Shown in pieces: positions 38,000 to 50,685 of a stretch of 64,000 bases of DNA. Position numbers and translations under genes: made by a program. Every line of letters begins with the position of its first letter. Positions within the stretch are counted from its first letter, which is position 1. The stretch is from Phoronis australis (lineage: Eukaryota > Animalia > Phoronida). The stretch lies in the NCBI GenBank assembly GCA_002633005.1, contig NMRA01000298.1:171887-235886 (forward strand), read 5' to 3'. The notes beneath the pieces were generated by a model, which was given only the letters and a program-made list of their open reading frames with translations, did not search any database and was not told where the DNA came from.

Positions 38000-38800
38000 G
38001 GGTAATAAGTGTATTCGAAGTCAACGTGGAGATTTGTTTACCTTGTTTTCTGTGTGTAGTTTTTGAGAACTCAAGACAATTGTCTACTATTGTGTGCTGG
38101 AGTACCAGTCCGCCCACTAGTGACAATTTTAGTTTGTTACATTTACCTCAGTATTTTCAAAAGTCCTCAACGTATTTTCACAAAATTTGGAATGTAGACA
38201 TCTATTGCTAAGATGACGCTATTCTGTCGTTTTCGGATGGAATAGAGGTATTTTCCTTCACCTAGTGGCTTTTGTGATGTTTTGCTTCTGATTTTGTCGT
38301 CCAACCCTTTCTCAATCAAAATTGTCTGAGGATGATTTCGAAAATTGGCGAATACATGTTGGTTCTCAGTCTGAAGGAGACGGTTGAAGATGACGACGTC
38401 GACTACAGTGGCGCCTCCTAGTCTTAGTTTTGTTTTTTTGTGCTCATAGCTTATACCGACTCCACGTTCTTTATTAAATTTATAATAAGTTTAGTAGTTG
38501 TAATAAGATGAAGTTAACAATTGACGACCACAACTTTGAGACGGATCCAACGAACAATCTGCCCCTAGTGGCAATTTCATTTTTTCCGTTTTGTTTGTTT
38601 CTCTGAAGTTCCTTGATATATTTTATGAGGTTTGATAAATGACTTTCTGTTAAAAAAATCTATGGCATGTTTCCGTTTTTGGATGGATTAGGTGTTTTTG
38701 AGTCATCTAGTGGCCATTTTATGATACAAATAAACAAACCTAGAAGCACGTCGTCTGCGGTGCATTCGTGGGCGCAATTCAGCGCTCCATGTTGCTCTTG
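38000..38800. repeat. Degenerate tandem array of about 147 bp (5 units), probably inside a non-autonomous element
   Basis: CTAGT-centred motif recurs at 38117, 38262, 38418, 38565 and 38707 (spacings 145, 156, 147, 142), followed by a GC-rich possible hairpin near 38770-38790. Confidence 0.5.
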
Positions 38801-41054
38801 TTATCTATCAGAAAGCCTTTATCTGCAAATTTCAAAGTGTAGTTGGTGTAATGGGGTAATTTATGCATTGGTATTCTCTGGAGTATTTAGCGCAGGGAAG
38901 TGGCTTCCCTTTGATCCAGACTCAGAGTTGGTAGACAGGATTTCAATTACTGCATGTACATGTACATAGGTGTTAATACATGAAAAAACAGAGAAAGACA
39001 TTCCACTGTCAGCCACTCCCATTGTTTGATTAGTCAAAGTTCAGAAATTCACTTAACCTTTTTGACAACGTCTGGGATCGAAATTCCAACGCCGCTTTAT
39101 CAGCAGCAGCCACAGGCTTTGTCAAGGTTACAGTTACGAGGTGGGAACCGTACGGAATAGGGTGTCATTACTCATCAATTCATATTTCAAAAATTTTGCA
39201 TTTTCTTCTTAAAACATTGCTACACCTCACTGCACAGCAGTGGTGATTTGACGGCATTATAAAAGCATGAATGCGTTCAAACGTTGTTCATGCCAGTAGG
39301 ATGAAACATACCGAATGCAATACACGAGCTCTGTAGGGTGCGCTGAACTGAACCTGGTCGCCGTCCGGAGAGTTAAGTTAGTGAATTTCAATATGGCGCT
39401 ACTCATTCGAAAGTCAGCTACAGTAGTAATTTATTACATTCTTGTAAATGTCACTGACACCTGAATGTTTACTGAACAACTCTATCAAACGGCATCAAGG
39501 GTCCAATTAATATAGAAAGATGTAAACTTTTGGATGAATGTATGACTTAATACTTCACATTAAGTGTGAAGGTTCTGTATTCAAAAGTTTTTGTCTTCAT
39601 AGGATAGAAAAGCACTGAATTGATTGAAATCATCCCCCCTTGTTGAATTAAGCTATTATATAACATCTCTTGTTCATTTGTTATTTTGCTATTGCACCCT
39701 GTTATTTTTCGCATTTTGGAAACACTCTTGGCTTTTAGAATTAAACAAATTTTGTTGAAACATGTCTGTTATGTGAATTGATAGTATTTCTGTATTAACT
39801 TGCTTATTGATTCATTATGGTATAATCGTAAACCACCAAGAATGGGAGAAGAAGGACTTTTAACGACTCTACTTCTGCGCAATCCAGTTGTAAAATAATA
39901 AAGAAGTTTTATAAACTTCACATCTGAAAAATATAATTATTGTAAAATGGATCGGGCGACCTTTTATTCTAAAGATTTTTTGCTCTTTAAAAAGTAATAG
40001 AGATGAAAATGAGTACCACTTGTTTTTTGATTTGTGAAATTGAGTTTCCGGTGAAATTTGTGAGTGTACGTGTGATGCGTCATTGGCAATGTCTTCTGTC
40101 TTTGTTCTGCGTTGCTATTATTTTTGCAATAAATGCAAATAAGAACTTCAAAAACAAAGTTTTACTGACTGCAAATTCCAACGCAATAGCCAACACAAGA
40201 TCAAATACACCTCATCAGCGCCGTATTGAAATTGGCATTTCATGGCTAGAGTTCTGTGGTAGCAAGTAGTTGTATAAACTAAGGTCTTGTTTTATGAACA
40301 AGTCTGTGTCATCGGGTTTCATATTCAAATCGAAAACACTTTGTCTATACCGATATCTTGTAAATTTAGCAATGACTCGTCACCGGGTTGGATTGACTTG
40401 TAGTGTTACTGGAACTTCTTAGTCTTCTCTTTAACGTGTTTAAGGATATTTTTTCCTAACTGGTGATAACGGTCTATTTTATCGAGATCGAGAGACAGGT
40501 TTTTCCCCGACTTTTTTAAAAATACGGTCTCAGTTCACGTTTGACTGTTCACTAATGCAGTGGGTCATAACTGAGTTGCGCCAAGAGTGGTGCTCATACA
40601 TATTCCATTTCTTATTCAATTCGTGAATTTCCTGCCTTGTTTCCTGAAAGTCATTCTTCGCTATTCATCATCGTAATACATGTAAAGAAATCTTCATGAA
40701 ACGTTGTTTTGATGCTCACGAGGTTTAGGACACAAAAGAAAATGGGCGTTACCAACTTGGGCTATTTTAGTTCACGATTAGAACTTCTCAAAGTGGTGCA
40801 AATTTTAATATTACGTTTATACCGCTGCATTTCAGTGGATCACGATTATGTTACGTTGAAGGGATAGTGAAATAATTTAAGCTCGTCTTTAAAAAATTCA
40901 AAGTTGCCGTTTGAATTAAGTCACCTTTAACCTCTTCACTAGGGCCTCCGTAATCCTTGATGTGACGTCATTATGAACTTATATGTCGTGCGTTGTTATT
41001 AAGCGTCAGAGCAAAACTAAACTGAAGAAAAATCACCATTTCCAAAGTAGATAT

Positions 41055-41060
41055 TTTATT
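41055..41060 (-). promoter_or_regulatory. Candidate polyadenylation signal of gene B
   Basis: AATAAA on the minus strand about 335 nt after the stop codon. The hexamer is common in AT-rich DNA. Confidence 0.4.
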
Positions 41061-41393
41061 GGAAATAAAACAAAGTGGGTGTCTTAAAGCTTTGAATTCG
41101 TTACTACCTGTACGTTGCAGAACTCACGAGTAGATTATACCCAATTTAGAAAATTAACATTGACAAGCATGAGAGTTAGGCAATAACGCAATGAGTAAAC
41201 TACTATTCTAGCTTTGTTTAGTACAAGATCAAAGCCTGAACAAACCAAACCGATTTAACATAAATTTTTAACAATTTGTGTACATTTCCAGTCATCAAGT
41301 ATCTAGAGAGACGGGATCACATGGAACGCCCTACTGTGAGCGTTTCAGACATGAGGTCGGCAATTGCGTCACTTGTTCATTACTGCCCGTGAG

Positions 41394-41539
41394 TTAGTTC
41401 ACAGTGAAGACTTCGTTGACCACCAAACGACAACTGGAATCCCAGCAGGTGTAAGCGTTGTTGTAGCTATAACCAGGACACGTCTGCACATAAAGCCTTA
41501 TGTTATAGCTTCCCGCTGGAAGGTCGCAGAACCCACCAA
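41394..41539 (-). CDS. Gene B terminal exon 12: end of CTHRC1-type domain 3 and stop
   Basis: tttttcAG acceptor, 146 nt, phase 1: (F)GGFCDLPAGSYNIRLYVQTCPGYSYNNAYTCWDSSCRLVVNEVFTVN then TAA at 41396-41394. Not in the ORF track. Confidence 0.87.
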
Positions 41540-43699
41540 CTGAAAAAGATGTAGGCGTACGATATGCATACCATGGCAGAAATGAAAAGATAATGCCTGC
41601 TCAATTAAGGTTGACAGGTCTTCGTTTTTATTCAAATATCTACAAACGATATATCTGTTATTTTTGCAAATACAGAATCTGAAGAATGTGATTTTTGATT
41701 TTTAATAATTTGTCATTATTTGGTTAACGCGACTATTTATATTTGGTGAAATTTAGCAAAAACGATATATTGATAGTAGATCTACAGTATCAGCAACATG
41801 ATGGAAATATTTCTGTGATGGAAATATTTCTTTGATGTAAACGTTCAAGATCAGAATACAAAAAACTTTTCTAATATTTTCTAAGATATGTTGTACCTGC
41901 GAAAGTATTCACTTGAGTTAATACGATATTACCTCTCATTAAAAGATGATTAGTGAATTGTACGCGCTACCTCTTGGCTGTATCAAAAATACACGGAAGT
42001 ATTCTCCTCCTCCCAACAACAAGATAGGACTCTCCGTGATAATATAACGATGTCGTGAAAATCCGCGATATTTCGTGAATAGACATAAACATAAAAACAA
42101 ATCGTGGTGCGGATTTTCGAATTTGGAATTCAAGGCTGTAAGAATCAAAAATGTGACATGAATTTACCATTTTAAGCATCAATTGATACTCAAGCATTGT
42201 TTCGGATGTGTTAGTGTGTAATTTTTTATCCTGTGTCACGTAGTGGTTCTGTGCAATGCAAAGGCTTTCGATGAAACTTCATGCTCAACAATATTTAAGG
42301 TTATACAGACCTGATCGCCAGGTCTGTGGATTTAACCAACTGTCTAAAACTATAGATTTTGATGCATGAAAAATGAAAAACGAATGCAACTTGAGAAATT
42401 TGAAAGCCTTTTGAATTTCATGATTGACATTGCACCACTTAATAGGACCGTAGAATGCTGGGACTGGGGGGCACGGGCCCCAAAAGAATCTTTCAGGAGT
42501 CTGGGTTAAACCGTGGCAACCGACAAACCCGTGGGGCGAGGACAGTCGCGACGAAAGAAAGACTGCTAAATGCAGATAAGGAAGAAAATTCAACAGAACA
42601 CTTAACAACTCAGTGCATGGTTTACTTTTTGAGGACCCTCGCCAGGACATTGTTTTTTGGGTCGCCGCTTTCGCAACACAGGTCGTCTAAAAGCACTTGA
42701 AAACGTGCACGTAGTGATTCTTGCATATATTTCGAAAAATCGAAAAAAATGTAAAGGGGAGCTTTTGCGGAGCGTCTTAATTTACTGTATTTTTAAATTC
42801 AATAAGTCAAATTTGCGACTTAAAAACCACATTTTTCCAGAGGCCCCTCTCTGGCATCGGAGACAACTGTCTCTTTTTTCGCGAATTGTATGATCTGACA
42901 GATATTTCCAAATATAAATATTTTCATATTGAGGGGCCCCACCCCAGAAGGATTCCATTGATGATATTCAAGTGCCCACCGTTTATGTTTTTATTGATAA
43001 ATTCATAAGGGTCCACTCACGGACAGAGGACCCAAAGTTGGACTCGATTACGTCTAGTTTCCTGAACTCGTGCAACCGACTTTCAAGTTGAGAAAGGTTA
43101 GTTCCTGCACCGTCTTGAGACCACACGACGGTGGAATGAACTTTCACCTTTCCGAGTTTTATGATGTTAACCTTTCATAATTAAGGTGTCCCATTTCAGA
43201 AGGGACCCTCTCCCGGTGGAGCAGTCCAGGAATATGTCCCTTTGTCCCTCTATACATGTAAACCCGACACTGCCAATATTCACAAAGGAAAGCTGAGATT
43301 CCAAATTCATCAAAAACACAAAATATTCGTGCACAGCACAGTACTGTCAAGATACTCAACTCAAACAACCGAAATTGTAAAATAATACAATAAGAATGAA
43401 CGACATCGGAACTGTGGACTTTTGAAGAACGTGGAGACCGCTCTTTGTTTGTTACACAAAAGGACTGTTTCCGATGGTTAGTTATAGAATAATGTTACTG
43501 TTTCCAATAGTATCACAAGAATAGTGTCTCTTTTGAAAATAGTTACTATGAGTTGTTTGTGAGGAATTCCGACATGAAAAAAACACTGCTCTAGAGGCTA
43601 CCATTGGGGTAACCGTGTACAGTATATGTCGAACGAGTGTACTCAAATACAATTATACCACAATATTAGCTTCGAATGGCAAATGCAACCTAGTAATAA

Positions 43700-43814
43700 C
43701 CCATTTAGTTATCTCCCTAGTGAGATAACATTTAGGTGGGAAACCGAGGCCGGCTTCGAACCCAGGCCTCAAGAGTTTCGGGTAGCCGCCTTTACCACTG
43801 CACCACTCATCGGC
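43700..43814 (-). mobile_element. tRNA-derived SINE head
   Basis: Minus strand A box TGGTGCAGTGG and B box GGTTCGAAGCC. No clean acceptor stem. Confidence 0.6.
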
Positions 43815-44628
43815 TAACGTCATCGAACGTGAAAATAGAATGCATAGATGAGCACGCGCAACAATTGTATGTTTAGCAAAGAGCATTGTACCGACATTTG
43901 TATGCTATGAAAAGTAAGACGCATAATTTCCATAAAAACGATATTTTACTTAAGTGAAAATTTTCTCTCATGTTCTCTCACTTGTAAATCACCGATCTCT
44001 AATTTGAATGCGGGTATCGTGTCGTCGGGATACTTTGACTTGAGCATCAGACCAGTGGTAACCTACTTTAGCAGACAATATTTTTCCGATCGCAGCTTAG
44101 CGGGATAAAATTGTAGTAAGCCATAATAGTTGCTAAACCTTAATTTATAGATTCCCTTTATTTCTGTTTTGTATAGATTTTAAATTGGTTTTGAGTAAAA
44201 GCATTATTTGACAAAAATAGCTCGGCTTTTCTGAAATGGTCACGACCCTGGTTCTCTGACATACAAAAGTAGAAAGTAGTTACAAAGCCGAAGCGAGTCG
44301 AGAAAGGTAAATCGATTCATTGCAATGTTTGTTGTTCAGTGTGTGGTATAAATAGATTACTACATGTTCTCACTCGTTATTCCTCTTATCTAGAGCCGTC
44401 CTGGCGATAATTCGCCTAAATCCACTCGGGCTCTAGAATACGGGGGAAAACGACTTTGCCATGGCTGTACTTCTGGAGCAAGTTTTCGGTTATACAGAAT
44501 TGGTTAAACGCACGACACTTTTCATTGTTCACAGTCTTTATTCCGTTACGTTCATACCTGCGGAACAAAACTCTATTCTCAACTGAACATAGATAAAGTA
44601 ACTGATCTAGCGACATAATTAAAAGACA

Positions 44629-44666
44629 CACGATATTTCGAAGCATACTTGTTTCATTCTCAGGTG
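44629..44666 (-). ncRNA. Minimal type I hammerhead ribozyme motif in the Penelope pseudo-LTR (copy 1)
   Basis: CAC-CTGAGAA-tgaa(acaagtatgc)ttc-GAAA-TATC-GTG. CAC/GTG stem I and AUC cleavage triplet present; C3-A8 mismatch. Confidence 0.6.
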
Positions 44667-45213
44667 ATACCCCCACAGAGCATAAGCTGATGACACACAC
44701 ATTGGACACGGCGTGTGTGAAATACTGCAAAGAATGCTTAATGAATNNNNNNNNNNNNNNNNNNNNNNNNNNNNNGGGGTAACAGGAAAGTCACGCAAAC
44801 AAGTGTAACTTGCGGCGCGACCCTGTTTGCTGCTCATTCAAAACAGGCTTCTCAAAAGCAATTAAAAGGGTCTCTAATGCTTTCAATCGTAGCACATCAT
44901 GATCCACGTATATGTAGCGAATTGACGTGTTTTCCACAATTTCTTGACGGGTGACTTTACGTGCGTGACATTGCAGAGAATGGTCTTAGATGGCGCCTTT
45001 TTGAAGATGCATAGATAACCACCGGGGAAGACTGCAAACCGTTTGACCAATGTACCATTGTTTGACGTTTGAACGAAGACATTCGTTCATAGGGCATACA
45101 CATTCATAAACAACACTGCATTGTGCAACGGGACGAACTTTCGCTTTAGAAATGTTATTTTTCATGACCAAATTAGAGGACTTCCTATTCCGACAATAAA
45201 TAATAACATCAAG

Positions 45214-45448
45214 CAGAGGCAGATTTACAGGGCGTGTTCAGGGGTTAAAACCCACTCCCTCGGGACAGGATCAAAATTAAAAATTAAAAAATGGCCAGAA
45301 AAACGAAATCAGCTACTAAAAACCACAAAATATATTACACGGGAGGGAGGAAAGTCCCTCCCGACCTTCCTTCCGCTCGGCGCTACGCGCCTAGGATTCG
45401 CTCGAATTCCAAACCCCCACCCTTACTGAAAACGTAAATCTGACACTG
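45214..45448. mobile_element. 235-bp MITE inserted into the Penelope ORF
   Basis: TIR CAGAGGCAGATTTAC / GTAAATCTGACACTG, flanks TCAAG / TCGAG (possible 5-bp TSD). Penelope coding relic continues on both sides. Confidence 0.7.
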
Positions 45449-45711
45449 TCGAGGTATCAGGCTTACAAGCTTTAACATTATCCCTAATAATTTTCTTAAT
45501 GGCGTGTTCGTCCTGGATGTAATTATTGGACATGATGACATTTTTGTAAAATTGAATGAGCAGCAAACAGGGTGGCGCCACACTTGTTTGCGTTAATTTC
45601 CTGTTACCCCCCTTCATTAGTCATTTTTTGCAGTATTTCACACTTGCCGTGCCCCACTGTGTATGTCATCAGCTTATGCTCTGTGGCGGTATTACTGCGT
45701 CATTTTATCTT

Positions 45712-45749
45712 CACTTGAGAATGAAACAAGTATGTTGCGAAATAGCGTG
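45712..45749 (+). ncRNA. Minimal type I hammerhead ribozyme motif in the inverted pseudo-LTR (copy 2)
   Basis: CAC-TTGAGAA-tgaaacaagtatgttgc-GAAA-TAGC-GTG. U3-A8 core pair present; cleavage triplet mutated to AGC. Confidence 0.55.
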
Positions 45750-47255
45750 TGTCTTTTAATTATGTCGCTAGGTCAGTTACTTTATCTATGTTCAGTTGAG
45801 AGTAGAGTTTTGTTCCGCAGGTATGAACGTAACGGAATAAAGACTGTGAACAATGAAAAGTGTCGTGCGTTTAACTAATTCTTTATGTAATAATCTATAT
45901 ATTTTTCAGCCATTTTGAAATCAAACTCAACTCGTGAATACACCCGTTGCACCGGAGGTGCTTGTACAGCACACCCACATTATAAATCAGGTGTACATGT
46001 ACAAGTAACCATGTAGTAGGCCTGCGTTGAATCTCAGTTACCCAAGGGAACTGAATTTGAACTTCAGACGTTGAAGTGTGTACATTTTTGGGACACACTC
46101 TGTATCATTTCCCCCAGCAACGGGAAACAGGCTCTGTTTCATCTAAGGATTCTGAAACGGCCACAAAAGCACTCATACCAGTCACCTAGGGACCTCACCA
46201 TTCCAAAAAATATACTTCCAAGAATGGCCATTATGAAGTTTTCCCCGAAACTGGATCATAATAAAACAACCTTGCCTTTCAACCAAGAGCAGAGGAATAG
46301 GTACGATTCCACTAATGGAACCCAGCTATAGTTGCTTCACTCAGCTCCCAACTACCTGTCATTACGCTGGCCCTAGACCCATTCTTATTCTCCGTGAAAC
46401 TTTGTTGGTTCACGTCATTCAAATCGTGATGTCGGACGTGGGGTTTTGGTACAAATATGGAGACATACGGAGAACGGGGGAAGGAGGTGGTGATAGCAAG
46501 GGGCAGGTTGGCAAAGTCAAATTGGTTTGGGGCTCCCTAATATTTTTTCCTTCCAGCGGGCCTGGTAAAACATTAATTGGGTACCTTGATCACGTGTTTT
46601 AGTAAACCTTAGGGAAACATAAGATACATCCATAGGAAGACACCGATGTCAAGAACATGGGTAGAATTCGTTTGACGTAAATGTTCAAGACAGAATCTCA
46701 AAACGGTGTTACAATATTGTGAGTTTTCACTTGTTTACGTTTGATGCAAATTTTGAGCTTTCTCATAAAAGTTATGAAATTCATATTTTGATATCGCCTC
46801 GCACAAAAATCGAACACCTTAGTCGCATATACTAGTTGACTTACAGTGACTAATGCATAAAGCAATGTATTCGAAAGTGGTAACTGCAGTGGTCCACTTA
46901 TGGTTGGTCGTACGTCAAATGCAGAGACAATCGGGAATAAAAACTCACTGTGGTCTTAACCTTTCCGGACATTCTTTGCTTATTTTTTCTCGAACACGTT
47001 AAGCTACACCACGGCAAATCTCAAAGAGGTCGTGACACTGAGGCGTGAAATAAGTCGGCAACTGAAGGACCTAGCCAGAACGCCATAATTTGTCTCCGTG
47101 CAACCAGAAAGCACTCAGCCATGGGCTTGCATATACCTTCCTCATACCTGGGGAAGCTGACTGGGCGCATAGGTTTTTTATACTGTGCCATGCCTTTTCA
47201 ATTAGATATAGACGAACCAACTTAAAAAAGTAATGCAAAAATTGCTTGTACTTAC

Positions 47256-47481
47256 AAGATGAAGTATGGTGCTGGTTATCATCGACATTGTCTGTTCTGT
47301 GGAACAGTCTTTGATAGACAATAGTAGCAATTTTTCCAGGCGAGGAACATTCGACCCCATTAAAGGTCAGATACCAACGGGCGCAACCGGGTGTGCCGTG
47401 GGTTGACTCCCATTGTCGTAAATCACCGTTGTAATGAACAGATAGTAGACTTTGAGACGACTTCTTATTATAGGTTACCGA
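47256..47481 (-). CDS. Gene B exon 11: core of CTHRC1-type domain 3
   Basis: 226 nt, phase 0 to 1: SVTYNKKSSQSLLSVHYNGDLRQWESTHGTPGCARWYLTFNGVECSSPGKIATIVYQRLFHRTDNVDDNQHHTSS. Confidence 0.9.
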
Positions 47482-48150
47482 CTGTGTGGAAAGAGAAACA
47501 TATACGCTTGTCAGTAACATTAAGTTCAACACGCTCTGGTAATGTAAGCTCATAGTCCCACAACTGAGCTGATACCAGCAACAGAGCGAATCGTAACGTG
47601 CAATTGCAAGTCAACCCAAAGACTAGACAACTTCCAAACTTAAGCCGCCCGACAACGGGTATGCATCCAATTCCTACGAAACGCAATAGTCTATTTTGAG
47701 AGATGTGCAACACTTGCATAGATAATTTGTACTTTGTGATAAGCGATATAGAATGAAAAGACACTGGGTGTGAGTTACGTAGATATAAGAATCTCGCGAA
47801 AACGCAAGAACACCCACTAATTCGCGAGATACGCCATGTATAACAAGCAAAGACATTAATTACACTTGCTTCCGGAGCGAGTCCATTTTGACAACACAGG
47901 AACACTATCCGGGTCTCTTAAAAGAATTAATGCACACACTTAAGTCTTTGGATGGATGCAGGTTTCATACACACCTACATGTACTCTAGTGACTCAAAGT
48001 CCCATCAAGCATTTGGTCATTTGTTCAAAAAGACCAACATACCACATATCCGTCTATGGATATGCAAATATTTTCTGAATGCCAATAGCCCTACTCAACG
48101 TCAGTAATGATCATGATGAAAATGAGAGGGTGCGTGTGTTTAACACTCAC

Positions 48151-48257
48151 AATTTGCCCGACATGCCCGTTGTCTGTATTGTCGTTCAATGCCCACCACC
48201 ACCACTGGTGAAAGTTGTACTCCGGCAGTCGCTGGACGCTGGCGTCACGTGTCACGA
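48151..48257 (-). CDS. Gene B exon 10: start of CTHRC1-type domain 3
   Basis: 107 nt, phase 1 to 0, acAG/GTGAG: (V)VTRDASVQRLPEYNFHQWWWWALNDNTDNGHVGQI, with the N-x-x-Q-x-x-W...DNG motif as in domain 2. Not in the ORF track. Confidence 0.82.
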
Positions 48258-48866
48258 CTGTTATAAATCGAATAGGACAGAGTATGGATTAACTGAAGAC
48301 CAACTCATTACATTCGGTCTAATTTCTTCAGCACAGATGTCGATACTTACATGTATGCTCTGAGGTGCCGGTACATCTGTTGCAACGGACCTTCAACTAC
48401 CTACATTGTTTAACTGCTCTAAAATTGTATACACTTTTCACCAAGAGGAGTCATTTTTTCTACAATCACGATTTCAGTTGACCTTAATGGAACGGCTTAT
48501 TCGCTGTCACATTGTAATCTTAATCAGCGGTGTTTCGAAACTCAGACGCTGTTTTGATAGTTCCCAAGTTGCGTGTCTCATATTTTGTGGTTCTACGTAA
48601 ATATAACTTCATGCTCTGAAATCCTGGATTTCATGTTAGAACAAGTAAAACTTATTAGAGGCAGAGAAGAAACATTTCCATTTACAATGACGTGAATACA
48701 TACGCCAACGAAATACCGTGGAGACCTCCTTAAAGTGTACATGTGCATGTGTAAGCGTTGCCAAGAATGCCTCCCAATAGATGAAAACGTTAAACAACAA
48801 TTATACGAAACATATAGCCAGGAGAATAAATGATGCGCTGATCACAGAGAACAGGGAGTGATTTAC

Positions 48867-49019
48867 CTGCACTGACGTCTAGATCATAGCGGATCTCTTC
48901 GACAATAATTCTGTTTCGCTGATTCCAGCCCGTGTAACCATCCATGCTGCCATGGTACCTGGCGATATGTATCTCAATAGATCTCCGTCCTGCTCCGATG
49001 TTATTGCACAAGCCATCAA
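48867..49019 (-). CDS. Gene B exon 9: end of CTHRC1-type domain 2
   Basis: 153 nt, phase 1 to 1: (V)DGLCNNIGAGRRSIEIHIARYHGSMDGYTGWNQRNRIIVEEIRYDLDVSA, close to CTHRC1 VEGLCEGIGAG...TGWNSVSRIIIEEL. Confidence 0.92.
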
Positions 49020-50483
49020 CTGAGTAAAAAAGTATTTCATTTTATTAAAGTCTACATGTACCGTAGACGGTAGCGCATGTAATTGATTCCCATTTTATCA
49101 CTTTATACATCATCACCATAAGACGGCAAATTCAAGTGAATACCGTGTTGAATGGGCCAGCTTAAAAAAATATGCCATATCTGTGCCAGGACATCTATGA
49201 ACTGGCCACTCAGCTTTACGAAAACTCTCCAAATGCGTCCTGTAGATCTTTCCAAGTCGTCAAATGGGGAATGAAGTCTCCAAACCTCAGGTTCACCTCC
49301 TGGGCTACTAGCCTTTGCATAAGAAGCCGACTTCTGTCCGTTTGGTTCATGAACTAAATGGAGTTTGTAATTGCAAGCATAATTTTGCAACCACACGTTT
49401 CCAATAATTTTCGAACGTAATTTTACACTTACTCTTTTGCCATTATAAGGCTCTCTTTAAATTTTTTGATTTTGTTTAAATCTTGCTTAGTCGTATTTGC
49501 ATCAAAAAGCGGGCTTTCAACCCGTGCTTTTAATTCTGGCGCACTCGTGTATTTTCGTCATAATTTTGCACGTCATTAACGTAAGTGACGTTATTGCATG
49601 TTTACGAGATGACAACCGTACCAGATTGCTCTAGATAAAACCTGCCAAAGTGTTGCACTGACGTACAGCGACAATGCAATTTACTGAATCTCTAGATAGC
49701 CGTCAACTCATGTAAAATACGGAAAATGAGATTGATTGGCATGCTTCTTGGACCATTTTTTGCAATTTCTTAAGATTTGCTTTCCAACTATAATATCGGC
49801 GTATATCGGATATTGTCTGGGAGTACTTTTGGACAGAAAACGGTTAATTATAAATGCTGGCCTCATTTGCTGAGATGTCTGAATGAAATTCAAATTAGGT
49901 AACAATACTCTCTTTAGTTTACGAGTTATCTCATCATCAAGTTTTTTTCAATTGATTAAATATTCAAACAAACAAATACTTGCAATGAGGCTATTTAATG
50001 TTTACGAAAGTGGAAATCTGGCAAAAAATTTGATTAGAGAGTGATGATTTATTTGGTCAAATGGCCATGCGTTTTTGAAAAAATGAGCAAAAATGAACAT
50101 TAGCTCATCCCGATTGATAATCAGAATTATCAATTTGATGTTAATTTAAGAGCCAATATCAAGAATGCCTTTTTTGATGTAAATTTTAGGTACGCTTGTA
50201 AAAAGGATATACTGTAAGCACTGACATTTGATAGTTTCTAAAGCATGACTTTGTGGGATTTATGAAAGCAGTTGCCAAAGCTATTTAGAAAACCGATGTA
50301 GACATCCTATAATCTGAAAGGTTTACTTGAAATCTTATTTGCGATTGCTGAGATATAAAGTTTTGGAGTTACCCATATTTTTGGCATTTTCTTAGGGTTA
50401 CTTGGGACCTAAACAGTGCCCTGTTACAGTAAGTAAAATGTCACTGCAATAGCAACTATTTAACATTCATCAACTGTACTTAC

Positions 50484-50685
50484 CTCCGCCGGTGCCGTCA
50501 TGGGTGGCGTCAACAACATTCCCGTCCCAGTGAGCGTAAAGACCGTCTATGGCACCAGGACTTGAACAGGCGTGGCCGTCAAACCGCACCGTGTAGCGCA
50601 GGGCGCCTTGCTGGTACATGTAGATATTGGCCAGGAACAGTACTCTTATAGCCGTGTCACTTGCTCTTTTGTAGTAATAGAACGT
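50484..50685 (-). CDS. Gene B exon 8: core of CTHRC1-type domain 2
   Basis: 202 nt, phase 0 to 1: TFYYYKRASDTAIRVLFLANIYMYQQGALRYTVRFDGHACSSPGAIDGLYAHWDGNVVDATHDGTGG. Confidence 0.9.

Larger units (their letters stand above)
44494..45886 (-). mobile_element. 5'-truncated Penelope-like retroelement (Naiad-like GIY-YIG) with inverted pseudo-LTR
   Basis: Minus-strand relic QDEHAIKKIIRDNV...LDVIIYCRNRKSSNLVMKNN...VVYECVCPMNEC...YIGQT...MHLQKGAI.DH...LKALETLLIAFEKPVLNEQ. The 3' end (44494-44841, minus) is repeated in inverted orientation at 45552-45886. Confidence 0.85.

Noticed and set aside
44494-44841. SECIS element in the Penelope 3' region
   Set aside because: No convincing AUGA/GA quartet stem found by eye, and part of the region is an N gap.
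48351-48418. Alternative candidate for exon 10 of gene B (AG...GTAAG bounded)
   Set aside because: In-frame TGA in the required phase and no domain motif; 48151-48257 fits both phase and motif.
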